From positions 703 to 64,702 of the forward strand of contig JAFRST010000062.1 in assembly GCA_017427465.1 (NCBI GenBank): a stretch of 64,000 bases of DNA, given 5' to 3'. The stretch comes from Clostridiales bacterium (GTDB taxonomy: Bacteria; Bacillota; Clostridia; Saccharofermentanales; Saccharofermentanaceae). Position numbers and translations under genes: made by a program. The notes below the pieces were generated by a model, which did not search any database, was not told the DNA's origin, and was given only the letters and a program-made list of their open reading frames with translations. Position 1 is the first letter of the stretch. Every line of letters starts with the position of its first letter. Below are positions 17,892-26,165 of this stretch, piece after piece.

Positions 17892-18773
17892 TTATCCGAA
17901 AAGGGGAACTACTGCTCCGTCGTAAGTAGCGTTGATGTATGCTGCTACTTCAGGTCCCTGGAGGACTTCAACGAGCTTAGCGATTGCGGGATCGTTTGCC
18001 TTGTCAGCAGATGTGGCGATGATGTTGCCGTATGTCTGAGCTGCAAGACCGTCGTTAGCTTCAACTGCGAGTGCCTGGCTTACGTGGAGGCCGCCCTCGA
18101 TTGCGTAGTTGCCGTTGATGACTGCTACTTCAACGTCAGGAAGTGCTGCAACGAGCTGCTCGGGTGCGAGTTCCTTGAACTGGATGTTCTTGGGGTTGTC
18201 GATGATATCTTCTACGGTAGCTGTGATGCCTGCGCCGTCCTTAAGCTTGATGATGCCTTCCTGCTCAAGAAGAAGGAGTGCTCTTGCTTCGTTTGTTACG
18301 TTATTAGGAACTGCTACGATAGCGCCTTCGGGAAGCTGGCTAAGGTCTGTTGTCTTGCCTGCGTAAACACCGAAGGGTTCATAGTGTACTGCGCCAACGG
18401 ATACGAGGTCGGAATTGTTTTCCTTATTGAACTGGTCAAGGTAAGGAACGTGCTGGAAATAGTTTGCGTCAAGGCTTCCCTCGATTACGCCTGTGTTAGG
18501 TGTGATGGAATCTTCGAGAACTACGATCTCCAATGTGATTCCCTGCTCTGCGAGGATCGGCTTTGCAACTTCGAGGATCTCAGAGTGAGGTGTTACGTTA
18601 GCGCCTACCTTGATCGTTACGTTAGCCTGTACGTCAGCCTGTGCTTCTGTCTGGGTATTGCTGCCTGTGCCTGTATCAGCGGATGTGGGATCTGCCTTTC
18701 CGCACGCTGCGAGAGCGCCGATTAAGCTGAATGTAAGTACTGAAGCGATTGCTTTCTTAAATGTGTTTTTCAT
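17892..18773 (-). CDS. metQ: MetQ/NlpA-family ABC substrate-binding lipoprotein (start MKNTFKK)
   Basis: Lipobox LAAC; DANYFQHVPYL; VPNNVTNEARAL. Confidence 0.9.
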   Translation of the reverse strand: MKNTFKKAIASVLTFSLIGALAACGKADPTSADTGTGSNTQTEAQADVQANVTIKVGANVTPHSEILEVAKPILAEQGITLEIVVLEDSITPNTGVIEGSLDANYFQHVPYLDQFNKENNSDLVSVGAVHYEPFGVYAGKTTDLSQLPEGAIVAVPNNVTNEARALLLLEQEGIIKLKDGAGITATVEDIIDNPKNIQFKELAPEQLVAALPDVEVAVINGNYAIEGGLHVSQALAVEANDGLAAQTYGNIIATSADKANDPAIAKLVEVLQGPEVAAYINATYDGAVVPLFG

Positions 18774-18834
18774 AATATGTTTTCTCCTTTGAATGTGTTT
18801 GGTTTTAAGTTTTGTTTCCTTGTTCAGGGCCAAG

Positions 18835-18869
18835 AAAAATGCCCGAGGGTCAGATTTAACTCCCGGGCA
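18835..18869 (-). terminator. Attenuator terminator upstream of metQ
   Basis: TGCCCGGGAG...CTCGGGCA-TTTTT. Confidence 0.8.
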
Positions 18870-18899
18870 CATGGCATGTCATTTCAGCGCATCAAAGCT

Positions 18900-19022
18900 T
18901 TAACATCGTCTCGCAAGGCGTGAACTTACAGAGCTCATCGCCGTGGCCATCTTGTGTGCCCGGGAGCTAAGCATTCGACAACACATCATGCTGTTTACTG
19001 TGTTAGTGATCGAGTTGTACAT
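18900..19022 (-). CDS. Cys/Met leader peptide, 40 aa: MYNSITNTVNSMMCCRMLSSRAHKMATAMSSVSSRLARRC
   Basis: AAGGAGG RBS; between promoter and terminator; contains CTCCCGGGCAC complementary to the terminator 5' arm; homologous to 25612-25689. Confidence 0.78.
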   Translation of the reverse strand: MYNSITNTVNSMMCCRMLSSRAHKMATAMSSVSSRLARRC

Positions 19023-19053
19023 TTTTCACGCCTCCTTTCGAGTTGATGGTGAA

Positions 19054-19087
19054 AGTATAACGGTACTAACCTACTATGTCAATAGGT
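19054..19087 (-). promoter_or_regulatory. Promoter TTGACA-N17-TATACT overlapped by palindromic Rrf2 operator ACCTATTGACATAGTAGGT
   Basis: Same motif occurs at 25745 and 27400. Confidence 0.85.
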
Positions 19088-19189
19088 AATTTGATATTTT
19101 TTCGAAAATCTTGAAATGCCTGATTTCATTGGGTTTGAGGGTTGTTTAAGGCCTTTTGCAAAGCGAAAATTAAGCAGATCGTCTTCAGA

Positions 19190-19945
19190 TCAGAGCTGCG
19201 AATACTCCATTAAGAGCATATTCATCTGCTTCTCATCGTGAATATAAGTATGCTCGTGGACGGTGCCTTCATAGACGAGTTTTCCGTCCCTATAGACGAG
19301 AAGACGGTTAAGCGGGACTTCCTCCCATGCGCCGTCATCTAACGGCCTGGTAGCGAAGAAGACAGAGCCGTCATTATTCTTGCGGTACAAAGTACCGGCT
19401 TCATTCTTATGAACGTAGAGATCCTCTCCGTCAAATATAAGAAGATTCAGCTTGTTCTTATCAGAAAGCTTTACCGTTACCGAATCCATGATCTTAAAGC
19501 GCTCTGCCTCGTCCCTGATCCCCTTGTTCTGATCAAGGATATAAAGCAGTATCCGCTCGCTGTCCGTAGATCCGCTCTGGATATCCTTATAAGGAAGGAG
19601 TTCATCAGACTCAAATATTGTTCCGTTGTGGGCTAATACCCATTCGCGCCAGTTGGGATCGTGCGCAATGAACGGATGTGTGTTCTTGTGCTCGACGTAG
19701 CCGATGGTGGCCTTGCGGATATGTGCGATGATCCCGCGGCATGAGACGCCGGAAGATAAGAGCTTGACGATCTTCGCGCTTCTGGTCGAATCTACAGGCT
19801 CTTTATCGATGGTGATCCTGCCTGTATCATCCCATGTGGCAATGCCCCAGCCATGCGGGTTATATTCGCCGTGCCTGAAGAACGCTTTAAGCTCACGGGT
19901 AACATCGATTGTCCTGTCGGATGATACTCCGAACATCTCACACAT
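19190..19945 (-). CDS. Class II glutamine amidotransferase family (EgtC/YafJ-like Ntn hydrolase)
   Basis: N-terminal MCE nucleophile; HGWG; AHIRKAT; NTHPF; HNG; TDSE. Confidence 0.88.
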   Translation of the reverse strand: MCEMFGVSSDRTIDVTRELKAFFRHGEYNPHGWGIATWDDTGRITIDKEPVDSTRSAKIVKLLSSGVSCRGIIAHIRKATIGYVEHKNTHPFIAHDPNWREWVLAHNGTIFESDELLPYKDIQSGSTDSERILLYILDQNKGIRDEAERFKIMDSVTVKLSDKNKLNLLIFDGEDLYVHKNEAGTLYRKNNDGSVFFATRPLDDGAWEEVPLNRLLVYRDGKLVYEGTVHEHTYIHDEKQMNMLLMEYSQL

Positions 19946-21158
19946 TATTCAGATACTCCCGTTCTTTTTCATCAAGAGAATTGCCTGCCAGTTCCAGGAG
20001 ATAGTTATACCACTCGCGGGCCGTCCGGTCACCATAGATCTTTGCATCTAATCCGGATACGATTACCGCGCCGACCGCATCCTCGATCTGTTCGATAGAG
20101 TTAATATCTTTAAGTTCAGTCTCCAGAATGGAGAGATTCTCATCCGAATAGATAAGACCTTTTATGAGGGCGACATAGCTAAGCGCGCGTCCGAGAGGAA
20201 CGCTGTCTGCCACTCTGATCTCGATGTATTTCTTGATGCGGAAATGGAAGAATCCCATAGAGATAAAATGCTCTATCAGATGCTTTTTGCGGGATTCCGT
20301 AAGGTCACTGCCGATCGTTCCGTCGTTAATAAGATCCAGGGCTGTAGAATCACCGACATAAGATGTCTCGCCTTCATCGGTAAGAAGGATCAAAGGAGTA
20401 TTGGATATTACGTCAGCGATCTTATCATAACCGAAATCCTCATCGAATGAATGCGGATAAAATCCTGTTCTCGAAGGATCGAGATCGCTCCATTCCTGTA
20501 TCCTCAGAAGGTGTGTCTTATTAGATTCCTTCTCAATGACGGAGTCTTCGTAAGTCTTGTTCTCGAGCGCGATCATGAGGATAGGAGAAATCTTCTGCAG
20601 TACAATGAGTTTGCGCACAAGGTCTTTCTCCGAACTGTAATCGACTGATATCTGGACCGATGAAGATGCCCTCATCATGTACTTGCCGTATTTTCCGCTT
20701 TTACGGAAATAAGCATCCATATACTTATAGCGCTTTTTACGAGACAGCGGGATATCATCAGGATCGATCTGGCCTGACTCAACGATGGGAAGATTGCCCT
20801 TGGTTATGATGTGATATCCGCGGGATTCGAAGATCGGGATCCAAAGCAAAAGGAATTCTTTATAGATGCTCTTGATCTCGTCGATACCGGACTTCGGATC
20901 AATGCTTATCTCAAACTGGCAGGCAGGCTCCAAAGTAACAGAATAACCGGTCGTAACGTAGCCGACCGGATATCCGTCCATGTATATCACTTCCGCAGAA
21001 AGATCTTCTGCTACTTCGCCGATAAGTTTTGTAACTTCATCAAAACCTATCTGTATGCCTTTATCGTTCACGACAAAGTGTTCTATCTCAAGCCCCAGCT
21101 CCTGACCGGACGTCTCGCCTGAACGTATGTAATCTACTATGGCTGAATGTAATGACAT
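19938..21158 (-). CDS. Glutamate--cysteine ligase family protein (GCS2/EgtA-like)
   Basis: LGLEIEHF; VTLEPACQFEIS; MMRASSSVQISVDY; YIEIRVAD. Confidence 0.85.
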   Translation of the reverse strand: MSLHSAIVDYIRSGETSGQELGLEIEHFVVNDKGIQIGFDEVTKLIGEVAEDLSAEVIYMDGYPVGYVTTGYSVTLEPACQFEISIDPKSGIDEIKSIYKEFLLLWIPIFESRGYHIITKGNLPIVESGQIDPDDIPLSRKKRYKYMDAYFRKSGKYGKYMMRASSSVQISVDYSSEKDLVRKLIVLQKISPILMIALENKTYEDSVIEKESNKTHLLRIQEWSDLDPSRTGFYPHSFDEDFGYDKIADVISNTPLILLTDEGETSYVGDSTALDLINDGTIGSDLTESRKKHLIEHFISMGFFHFRIKKYIEIRVADSVPLGRALSYVALIKGLIYSDENLSILETELKDINSIEQIEDAVGAVIVSGLDAKIYGDRTAREWYNYLLELAGNSLDEKEREYLNNV

Positions 21159-21175
21159 ATATTATTTCTCCCTTA

Positions 21176-21739
21176 CTACGAGACTGCCGTCTTCTGCTTG
21201 TTCTTGTGAGCTTCGCCGTTTTGCGAGAGCTGATACCTGTCGAAAAGTTTCACGTACATAAGAGGCACTGCTCCGACTATTGCCGCACTTGCCTGGATGC
21301 CGTTGGGGATCACTGATCCCAAAGCAGCTTCCACACCGTACATAAACGGCAGTGATTCAAATGCAAAATAGCCGGCGATCATGATAAGTTCTGCAACGAA
21401 TGATCCTGATACCTTGCGTACAAGTGAGACCTTTCCCTTAGCGTTTCTCTTAAGAAGTGATCCTGCCACGAATCCCATCAGGCCCTTGATAAGGAATGTT
21501 GCTATAGCATACTGCGGATAGCCTGCCAAAAGATCGGCAAGTGTCGAGCCGATGGCTGCAGGAAGCAGTGCCAGAGGGCCTAAAATATATGAGCTTAACA
21601 GTATCACGAGGTCACCGAGATTTATGTATCCTATCGCGGTCGGGATATGAAGCTCGGTGCCTACAAATACCAGTGCTGCGAGCACTCCTGCGTATGCGAT
21701 CAGCTTTAAGTTGTTTTTGTTTCTATTTCTATTGCTCAT
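21176..21739 (-). CDS. ECF transporter S component
   Basis: AGVLAAL motif, GYINLGD, multiple TM helices. Confidence 0.85.
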   Translation of the reverse strand: MSNRNRNKNNLKLIAYAGVLAALVFVGTELHIPTAIGYINLGDLVILLSSYILGPLALLPAAIGSTLADLLAGYPQYAIATFLIKGLMGFVAGSLLKRNAKGKVSLVRKVSGSFVAELIMIAGYFAFESLPFMYGVEAALGSVIPNGIQASAAIVGAVPLMYVKLFDRYQLSQNGEAHKNKQKTAVS

Positions 21740-21770
21740 ATTTTGATTCTCCTTTATTTGTTACGGATCA

Positions 21771-22433
21771 TTAAGTTTTACGGGTCTTCTTAGACATTCG
21801 GATCCCGATCTCCTGGATCAGCATTACCATTGCGATGAGTAAGGCAACCGTCGTCCAGAGCACTTCTTTCTGATATCGGTAGTAACCGTACTGGAGTGCT
21901 ATGGCTCCGAGTCCGCCGCCGCCGATAACGCCGGCCATCGCAGAATATCCCAATACCGTTGCAACGTTGATCGCACCACCCTGCAAAAGCGAGGGTGTAG
22001 CTTCAGGAATAATGAAGTGGATTATCGTGTACAAAGGTGATGCACCCATTGAAGTTGCCGCTTCGATAATGCCCGGATTTACTTCATTCAGGGACGACTC
22101 TACCATTCGTGCTACGATCGGGATGGCACCGACGGTAAGAGGTACGATCGATGCGGTGGTTCCGATCGAAGAGCCGACTACAAGTCTTGTGAACGGGATC
22201 AGGAGCACCAGCAGGATCAGGAACGGGAGCGAACGCGCCACGTTTACGATGAATCCTATGATGCCGTTGACGATCTTGTTCTCGAGAAGGCGGCCCTTTG
22301 AAGTCGCATAGAGGATCACACCCAGAGGCATGCCTACGATGTATGAGAATAGTGATGCGAACAGCGTCATCTCGAACGTCTCAAAAATACCGCTGAGTAT
22401 CGCTTCTTTCATGTATTCACTCATTTGTTTCAA
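21771..22433 (-). CDS. metI: Methionine ABC transporter permease
   Basis: RSLPFLILL; EAA loop; SAMAGVIGGGGLG. Confidence 0.92.
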   Translation of the reverse strand: MKQMSEYMKEAILSGIFETFEMTLFASLFSYIVGMPLGVILYATSKGRLLENKIVNGIIGFIVNVARSLPFLILLVLLIPFTRLVVGSSIGTTASIVPLTVGAIPIVARMVESSLNEVNPGIIEAATSMGASPLYTIIHFIIPEATPSLLQGGAINVATVLGYSAMAGVIGGGGLGAIALQYGYYRYQKEVLWTTVALLIAMVMLIQEIGIRMSKKTRKT

Positions 22434-23424
22434 CCTCCGTTACGGAAAGTCCGCCCTTAGTAAAGAAACTGATAATAGTCTCTTGATCCTTTTCGGAAGG
22501 CGGGAGCTCAACGATCATCTGGCCGAAACCGATACCGCCGACGCTCTTTGTGTTAGCACTCAGGATATTGACCTTGAGACCGGTCTGTTCCACAAGATTC
22601 GCGATGAAAGGCTCGCTCGATTGCGTGCCGTCAAATACCAGACGGACGACTCTTCTGCCCTGCTCTGAAGGATCAAACGGATTGCTCGGGAAAACGAGCT
22701 TTTTCGCGGCCTTTGACTTAGGGTTTGAGAACACGTCTTTAACGTCTCCTACTTCGGCAAGCAGGCCGTCATCGATTATCGCCACGCGGTCGCAGATCTT
22801 CTCGACGACGCTCATCTCATGCGTAATGATGACTATCGTGAGCTTTCTCTCCTCGTTGATCTCTTTTAACAGATCAAGGATCTCTCCCGTAATCTTCGGA
22901 TCTAATGCGCTTGTTGCTTCGTCGCACAACAGGACTTTTGGGTCTGCAGTGAGTGCTCTTGCTATGGCGACTCTCTGTTTCTGGCCGCCCGAAAGACGTG
23001 CCGGGAAAACATCTTTCTTCTCCGACAGTCCTACTATCTTAAGCATCTGCAGAGCCTTCTCCCTGCGTTCTTTACGGGGGACTCCGGCGATCTTCAAAGG
23101 CTGTTCGACATTAGACAGGACGGTCCTCTGGTTAACAAGGTTAAAGCCCTGGAAGATCATTGAGATCTTTTGTCTTACTTCTCTAAGCTCCTTTGCTGAA
23201 AGCGCTGCAAGGTCCTTATCGTAGAATGTAACGCTGCCTGAAGTTACTTCCTCAAGGCGGTTTAGGGTGCGCACCAGAGTGGATTTGCCTGCACCGCTCA
23301 TGCCGATGATGCCGAAGATCTCGCCTTCGCGCACCTCAAGACTCACGTTCTTTAAGGCCTCGAATTCCTTGCCGTCGTTCTTATATGTTTTGTATACGTT
23401 TGTCAGTTCGAAAACGTTACCCAT
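22417..23424 (-). CDS. metN: Methionine ABC transporter ATP-binding protein with NIL domain
   Basis: GMSGAGKST; LSGGQKQRV; CDEATSALDP. Confidence 0.92.
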   Translation of the reverse strand: MGNVFELTNVYKTYKNDGKEFEALKNVSLEVREGEIFGIIGMSGAGKSTLVRTLNRLEEVTSGSVTFYDKDLAALSAKELREVRQKISMIFQGFNLVNQRTVLSNVEQPLKIAGVPRKERREKALQMLKIVGLSEKKDVFPARLSGGQKQRVAIARALTADPKVLLCDEATSALDPKITGEILDLLKEINEERKLTIVIITHEMSVVEKICDRVAIIDDGLLAEVGDVKDVFSNPKSKAAKKLVFPSNPFDPSEQGRRVVRLVFDGTQSSEPFIANLVEQTGLKVNILSANTKSVGGIGFGQMIVELPPSEKDQETIISFFTKGGLSVTEVETNE

Positions 23425-24338
23425 TAATCGAATAATCCTTTGCTCAAATATCTGTCTCCCCTGTCAGGGAAAACGGTTACTATGTTCCCGCTCTCTATTT
23501 CAGATGCGAGTCTGAGAGAAGCTGCGAGCGCCGCTCCTGATGAAGATCCTGCAAGGATGCCTTCTTCTTTTGCTAACCGCCTGCTCATCTCAAATGCTTC
23601 GTCGTCATTTACCTTAATGACTTTATCTACCAGTGTGATGTCCATCGTATCAGCGATGAAGTCATTGCCTATTCCTTCGATGTTGTAATCGAAATGCTCA
23701 CCGCCTCCGATCGTCGATCCGAAGGGATCTGCGAGTACTCCGGTGATATTAGGGTTTTGTTCCTTTAAGTACTTAACAACGCCCGTGAATGTTCCGCCGC
23801 TGCCTGCGCCTGCTACAAAATAATCGATCTTGCCATCCAACTGTGAATAGATCTCAGGACCGGTTGTCTCATAGTGTGCGAGAGGATTTGCAGGATTCCT
23901 GAACTGTCTTAAGGAAACTGATCCTTCGATCTCCTTTAGGATCTCTTCGGCTTTTCTCTCGGCTCCGAGCATTCCTTCTTCTCTTGATGTATGAATTATC
24001 TCCGCGCCCAAAGCGCGCATCACTTTCTGCTTCTCGATGGAAAATTTCTCAGGGACCGTGAAGATGACTCTAATACCCTGGTTCAGCGCCGCTACGGCGA
24101 TGCCGATACCTGTATTTCCTGCGGTGGCGTCAACGATCGTGCCGCCTTCTTTGAGGATCCCCCTCTTTTTCGCATCGTCGATCATGTAGACACCTACACG
24201 GTCTTTAACGCTTCCTGCGGGATTCATAAGTTCAAGTTTTGCATATACATTTACTCCGGGCTTAACGCCCATATGGTTGATCTTCAAGACCGGTGTATTG
24301 CCGATCATGCTTCTGATATCTTCATATACGTTATTCAT
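23424..24338 (-). CDS. Cysteine synthase family PLP enzyme (O-acetylserine-dependent cystathionine beta-synthase, MccA-like)
   Basis: NPAGSVKDR; TAGNTG; GAGSGGT; IEGIG; adjacent to a cystathionine lyase. Confidence 0.85.
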   Translation of the reverse strand: MNNVYEDIRSMIGNTPVLKINHMGVKPGVNVYAKLELMNPAGSVKDRVGVYMIDDAKKRGILKEGGTIVDATAGNTGIGIAVAALNQGIRVIFTVPEKFSIEKQKVMRALGAEIIHTSREEGMLGAERKAEEILKEIEGSVSLRQFRNPANPLAHYETTGPEIYSQLDGKIDYFVAGAGSGGTFTGVVKYLKEQNPNITGVLADPFGSTIGGGEHFDYNIEGIGNDFIADTMDITLVDKVIKVNDDEAFEMSRRLAKEEGILAGSSSGAALAASLRLASEIESGNIVTVFPDRGDRYLSKGLFD

Positions 24339-24353
24339 AGTTTTTACCTCTTA

Positions 24354-25517
24354 TTACTTTGCTGAATTCTCGATCGCCTGCTTGAGATCTGCGATGAGAT
24401 CATCAACGTCTTCGATGCCTACTGAGAATCTGATGAGTTCATCCACGATCCCGACTTTCTTACGGATGTCAGCGGGGATCGCTGCGTGAGTCATCGTAGC
24501 CGGGTGACATACCAGTGATTCGACGCCGCCTAAGCTCTCTGCCAAAGTAATGAGATTCAAGTTCTCAAAGAACTTCTTATAGTCGTATTTGTCGTTAAGT
24601 ACGAAGGAGATCATTGCACCTGCTCCGTCAGCCTGCTTCTTCTGCACTTCATAGCCGGGATCTGACTCGAGACCGGGGTAGTAGACCTTGCTTACAAAGC
24701 CGCTTCCTACGAGCCATCTTGCGATCTTCTCTGCGTTATCAACGTGTCTGTCCATGCGTACTCCCAAAGTCTTGATGCCTCTGATAATGAGGAAGCTGTC
24801 CCAGGGAGCGAGCACGCCTCCGATGGCATTCTGCAGATAGTAAAGGCGGTCTGCCAGTGCCTTGTCGTTTACCACTACGAATCCGGAAATAGTGTCAGAG
24901 TGGCCGCCCAGATACTTGGTGCCGCTGTGGATAACGATGTCGGCGCCGAGCGTCAAAGGGCGCTGCAGATAAGGTGTGAGGAATGTATTGTCTACGATCG
25001 TAAGCTTGTTGTGCTTTTTCGCGATCTTGGAAACTGCTTCGATATCAGTGATTGTAAGAAGCGGGTTTGCGGGAGTCTCGATGTAGATAGCCTTTACGTC
25101 GTCATCGATAGCGTTCTCAACTGCTTCAAGATCTGAAGTATTTACGATCTTGTATGTGATATTGAAGTTCTTGAATACGTTATCAAGGATGCGGAATGTT
25201 CCGCCATAGATGTTGTCTGATACAACGAGTTTGTCACCGCTCTTAAAGAGTGAGAGCACCGTGTTGATCGCTGCAAGTCCTGATGCGAACGCAAGGCCGT
25301 GTCTGCCATGCTCCAGGTCTGCAATGAGTTCCTCAAGAGCCGCCCTCGTCGGGTTGCCTGTTCTTGAGTATTCCCATCCTCTGTTCTTGCCAAGTCCGTC
25401 CTGCTTATATGTGGATGTCTGGTAGACCGGCACGTTTACTGCGCCTGTTATCTCATCTCCGTCGATGCCGCCGTGAATAAGTAATGAATTGATTTTGATG
25501 TTATGTGCGTTGGTCAT
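24354..25517 (-). CDS. Cys/Met metabolism PLP enzyme (cystathionine gamma-lyase, MccB-like)
   Basis: YSRTGNPTR; HSGTKYLGGHSD; AESLGGVESL. Confidence 0.88.
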   Translation of the reverse strand: MTNAHNIKINSLLIHGGIDGDEITGAVNVPVYQTSTYKQDGLGKNRGWEYSRTGNPTRAALEELIADLEHGRHGLAFASGLAAINTVLSLFKSGDKLVVSDNIYGGTFRILDNVFKNFNITYKIVNTSDLEAVENAIDDDVKAIYIETPANPLLTITDIEAVSKIAKKHNKLTIVDNTFLTPYLQRPLTLGADIVIHSGTKYLGGHSDTISGFVVVNDKALADRLYYLQNAIGGVLAPWDSFLIIRGIKTLGVRMDRHVDNAEKIARWLVGSGFVSKVYYPGLESDPGYEVQKKQADGAGAMISFVLNDKYDYKKFFENLNLITLAESLGGVESLVCHPATMTHAAIPADIRKKVGIVDELIRFSVGIEDVDDLIADLKQAIENSAK

Positions 25518-25546
25518 TTTGTTTTTCCTCTCGATCAGTTTTTACG

Positions 25547-25581
25547 AAAAATGCCCGGCGCTTTAATAGAGCTCCGGGCAT
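25547..25581 (-). terminator. Attenuator terminator upstream of the transsulfuration operon
   Basis: ATGCCCGGAGC...GCGCCGGGCAT-TTTT. Confidence 0.8.
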
Positions 25582-25611
25582 CTTAGAACAATTTCAGTCA
25601 GGATGATTCTT

Positions 25612-25689
25612 TCAACATCGAATCAAGTTAAGACAGCAATAGTCCATTGCCCGTGCGTTTGACATTCGACAACAACACATGAACTTCAT
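25612..25689 (-). CDS. Cys-rich leader peptide, 25 aa: MKFMCCCRMSNARAMDYCCLNLIRC
   Basis: AAGGAG RBS; 6 Cys and 4 Met; between promoter and terminator. Confidence 0.82.
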   Translation of the reverse strand: MKFMCCCRMSNARAMDYCCLNLIRC

Positions 25690-25730
25690 ATTGACTGTCT
25701 CCTTCCGTTATTTTCGTATGATGGGTGTGA

Positions 25731-25763
25731 TTATATTCCCATTTACCTACTGTGTCAATAGGT
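25731..25763 (-). promoter_or_regulatory. Promoter TTGACA-N17-TATAAT overlapped by Rrf2 operator ACCTATTGACACAGTAGGT
   Basis: Perfect consensus promoter; motif shared three times. Confidence 0.88.
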
Positions 25764-25771
25764 TTATTGAA

Positions 25772-26152
25772 TTACTTTTGTTCCTTCTTACTCTCGTAAT
25801 CCTGAAGGGCAGATTCGATGGCTTCCTGCGCCAGTACAGAGCAGTGCATCTTATAGTCCGGAAGTCCGTCCAGAGCCTCTGCTACTGCCTTGTTGGTAAG
25901 CTGTCTTGCTTCAGATACGGGCTTGCCTTTGATGAGCTCTGTCGCCATCGAGCTTGACGCGATGGCTGATCCGCATCCGAATGTCTCGAACTTAACGTCC
26001 TTGATGATGTCGTCTTCGATCTTCAAATACATCTTCATGATGTCGCCGCACTTCGCATTACCGACTTCACCTACTCCGTCAGCATCCTCGATGATTCCTA
26101 CGTTCCTGGGATTTCTGAAATGATCCATTACCTTCTCGCTGTATAAAGCCAT
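25772..26152 (-). CDS. nifU: Fe-S cluster scaffold NifU/IscU
   Basis: YSEKVMDHFRNPRNVG; CGD; GCGSAIASSS; KMHCS. Confidence 0.95.
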   Translation of the reverse strand: MALYSEKVMDHFRNPRNVGIIEDADGVGEVGNAKCGDIMKMYLKIEDDIIKDVKFETFGCGSAIASSSMATELIKGKPVSEARQLTNKAVAEALDGLPDYKMHCSVLAQEAIESALQDYESKKEQK

Positions 26153-26165
26153 TTTAAATGCCTCC

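Noticed and set aside
17877-18725. 282-aa Cys-rich plus-strand ORF
   Set aside because: Antisense shadow of metQ with no RBS or domain; the same applies to most short overlapping ORFs in the track (e.g. 8450-9058, 22550-23224, 28927-29529, 60962-61519)
18774-18872. SAM-I or T-box riboswitch upstream of metQ, and the ORF-track N-terminal extension
   Set aside because: No ATC..GAG/GCAACC SAM-I core or GGTGGTACC T-box motif; the region holds the attenuator terminator
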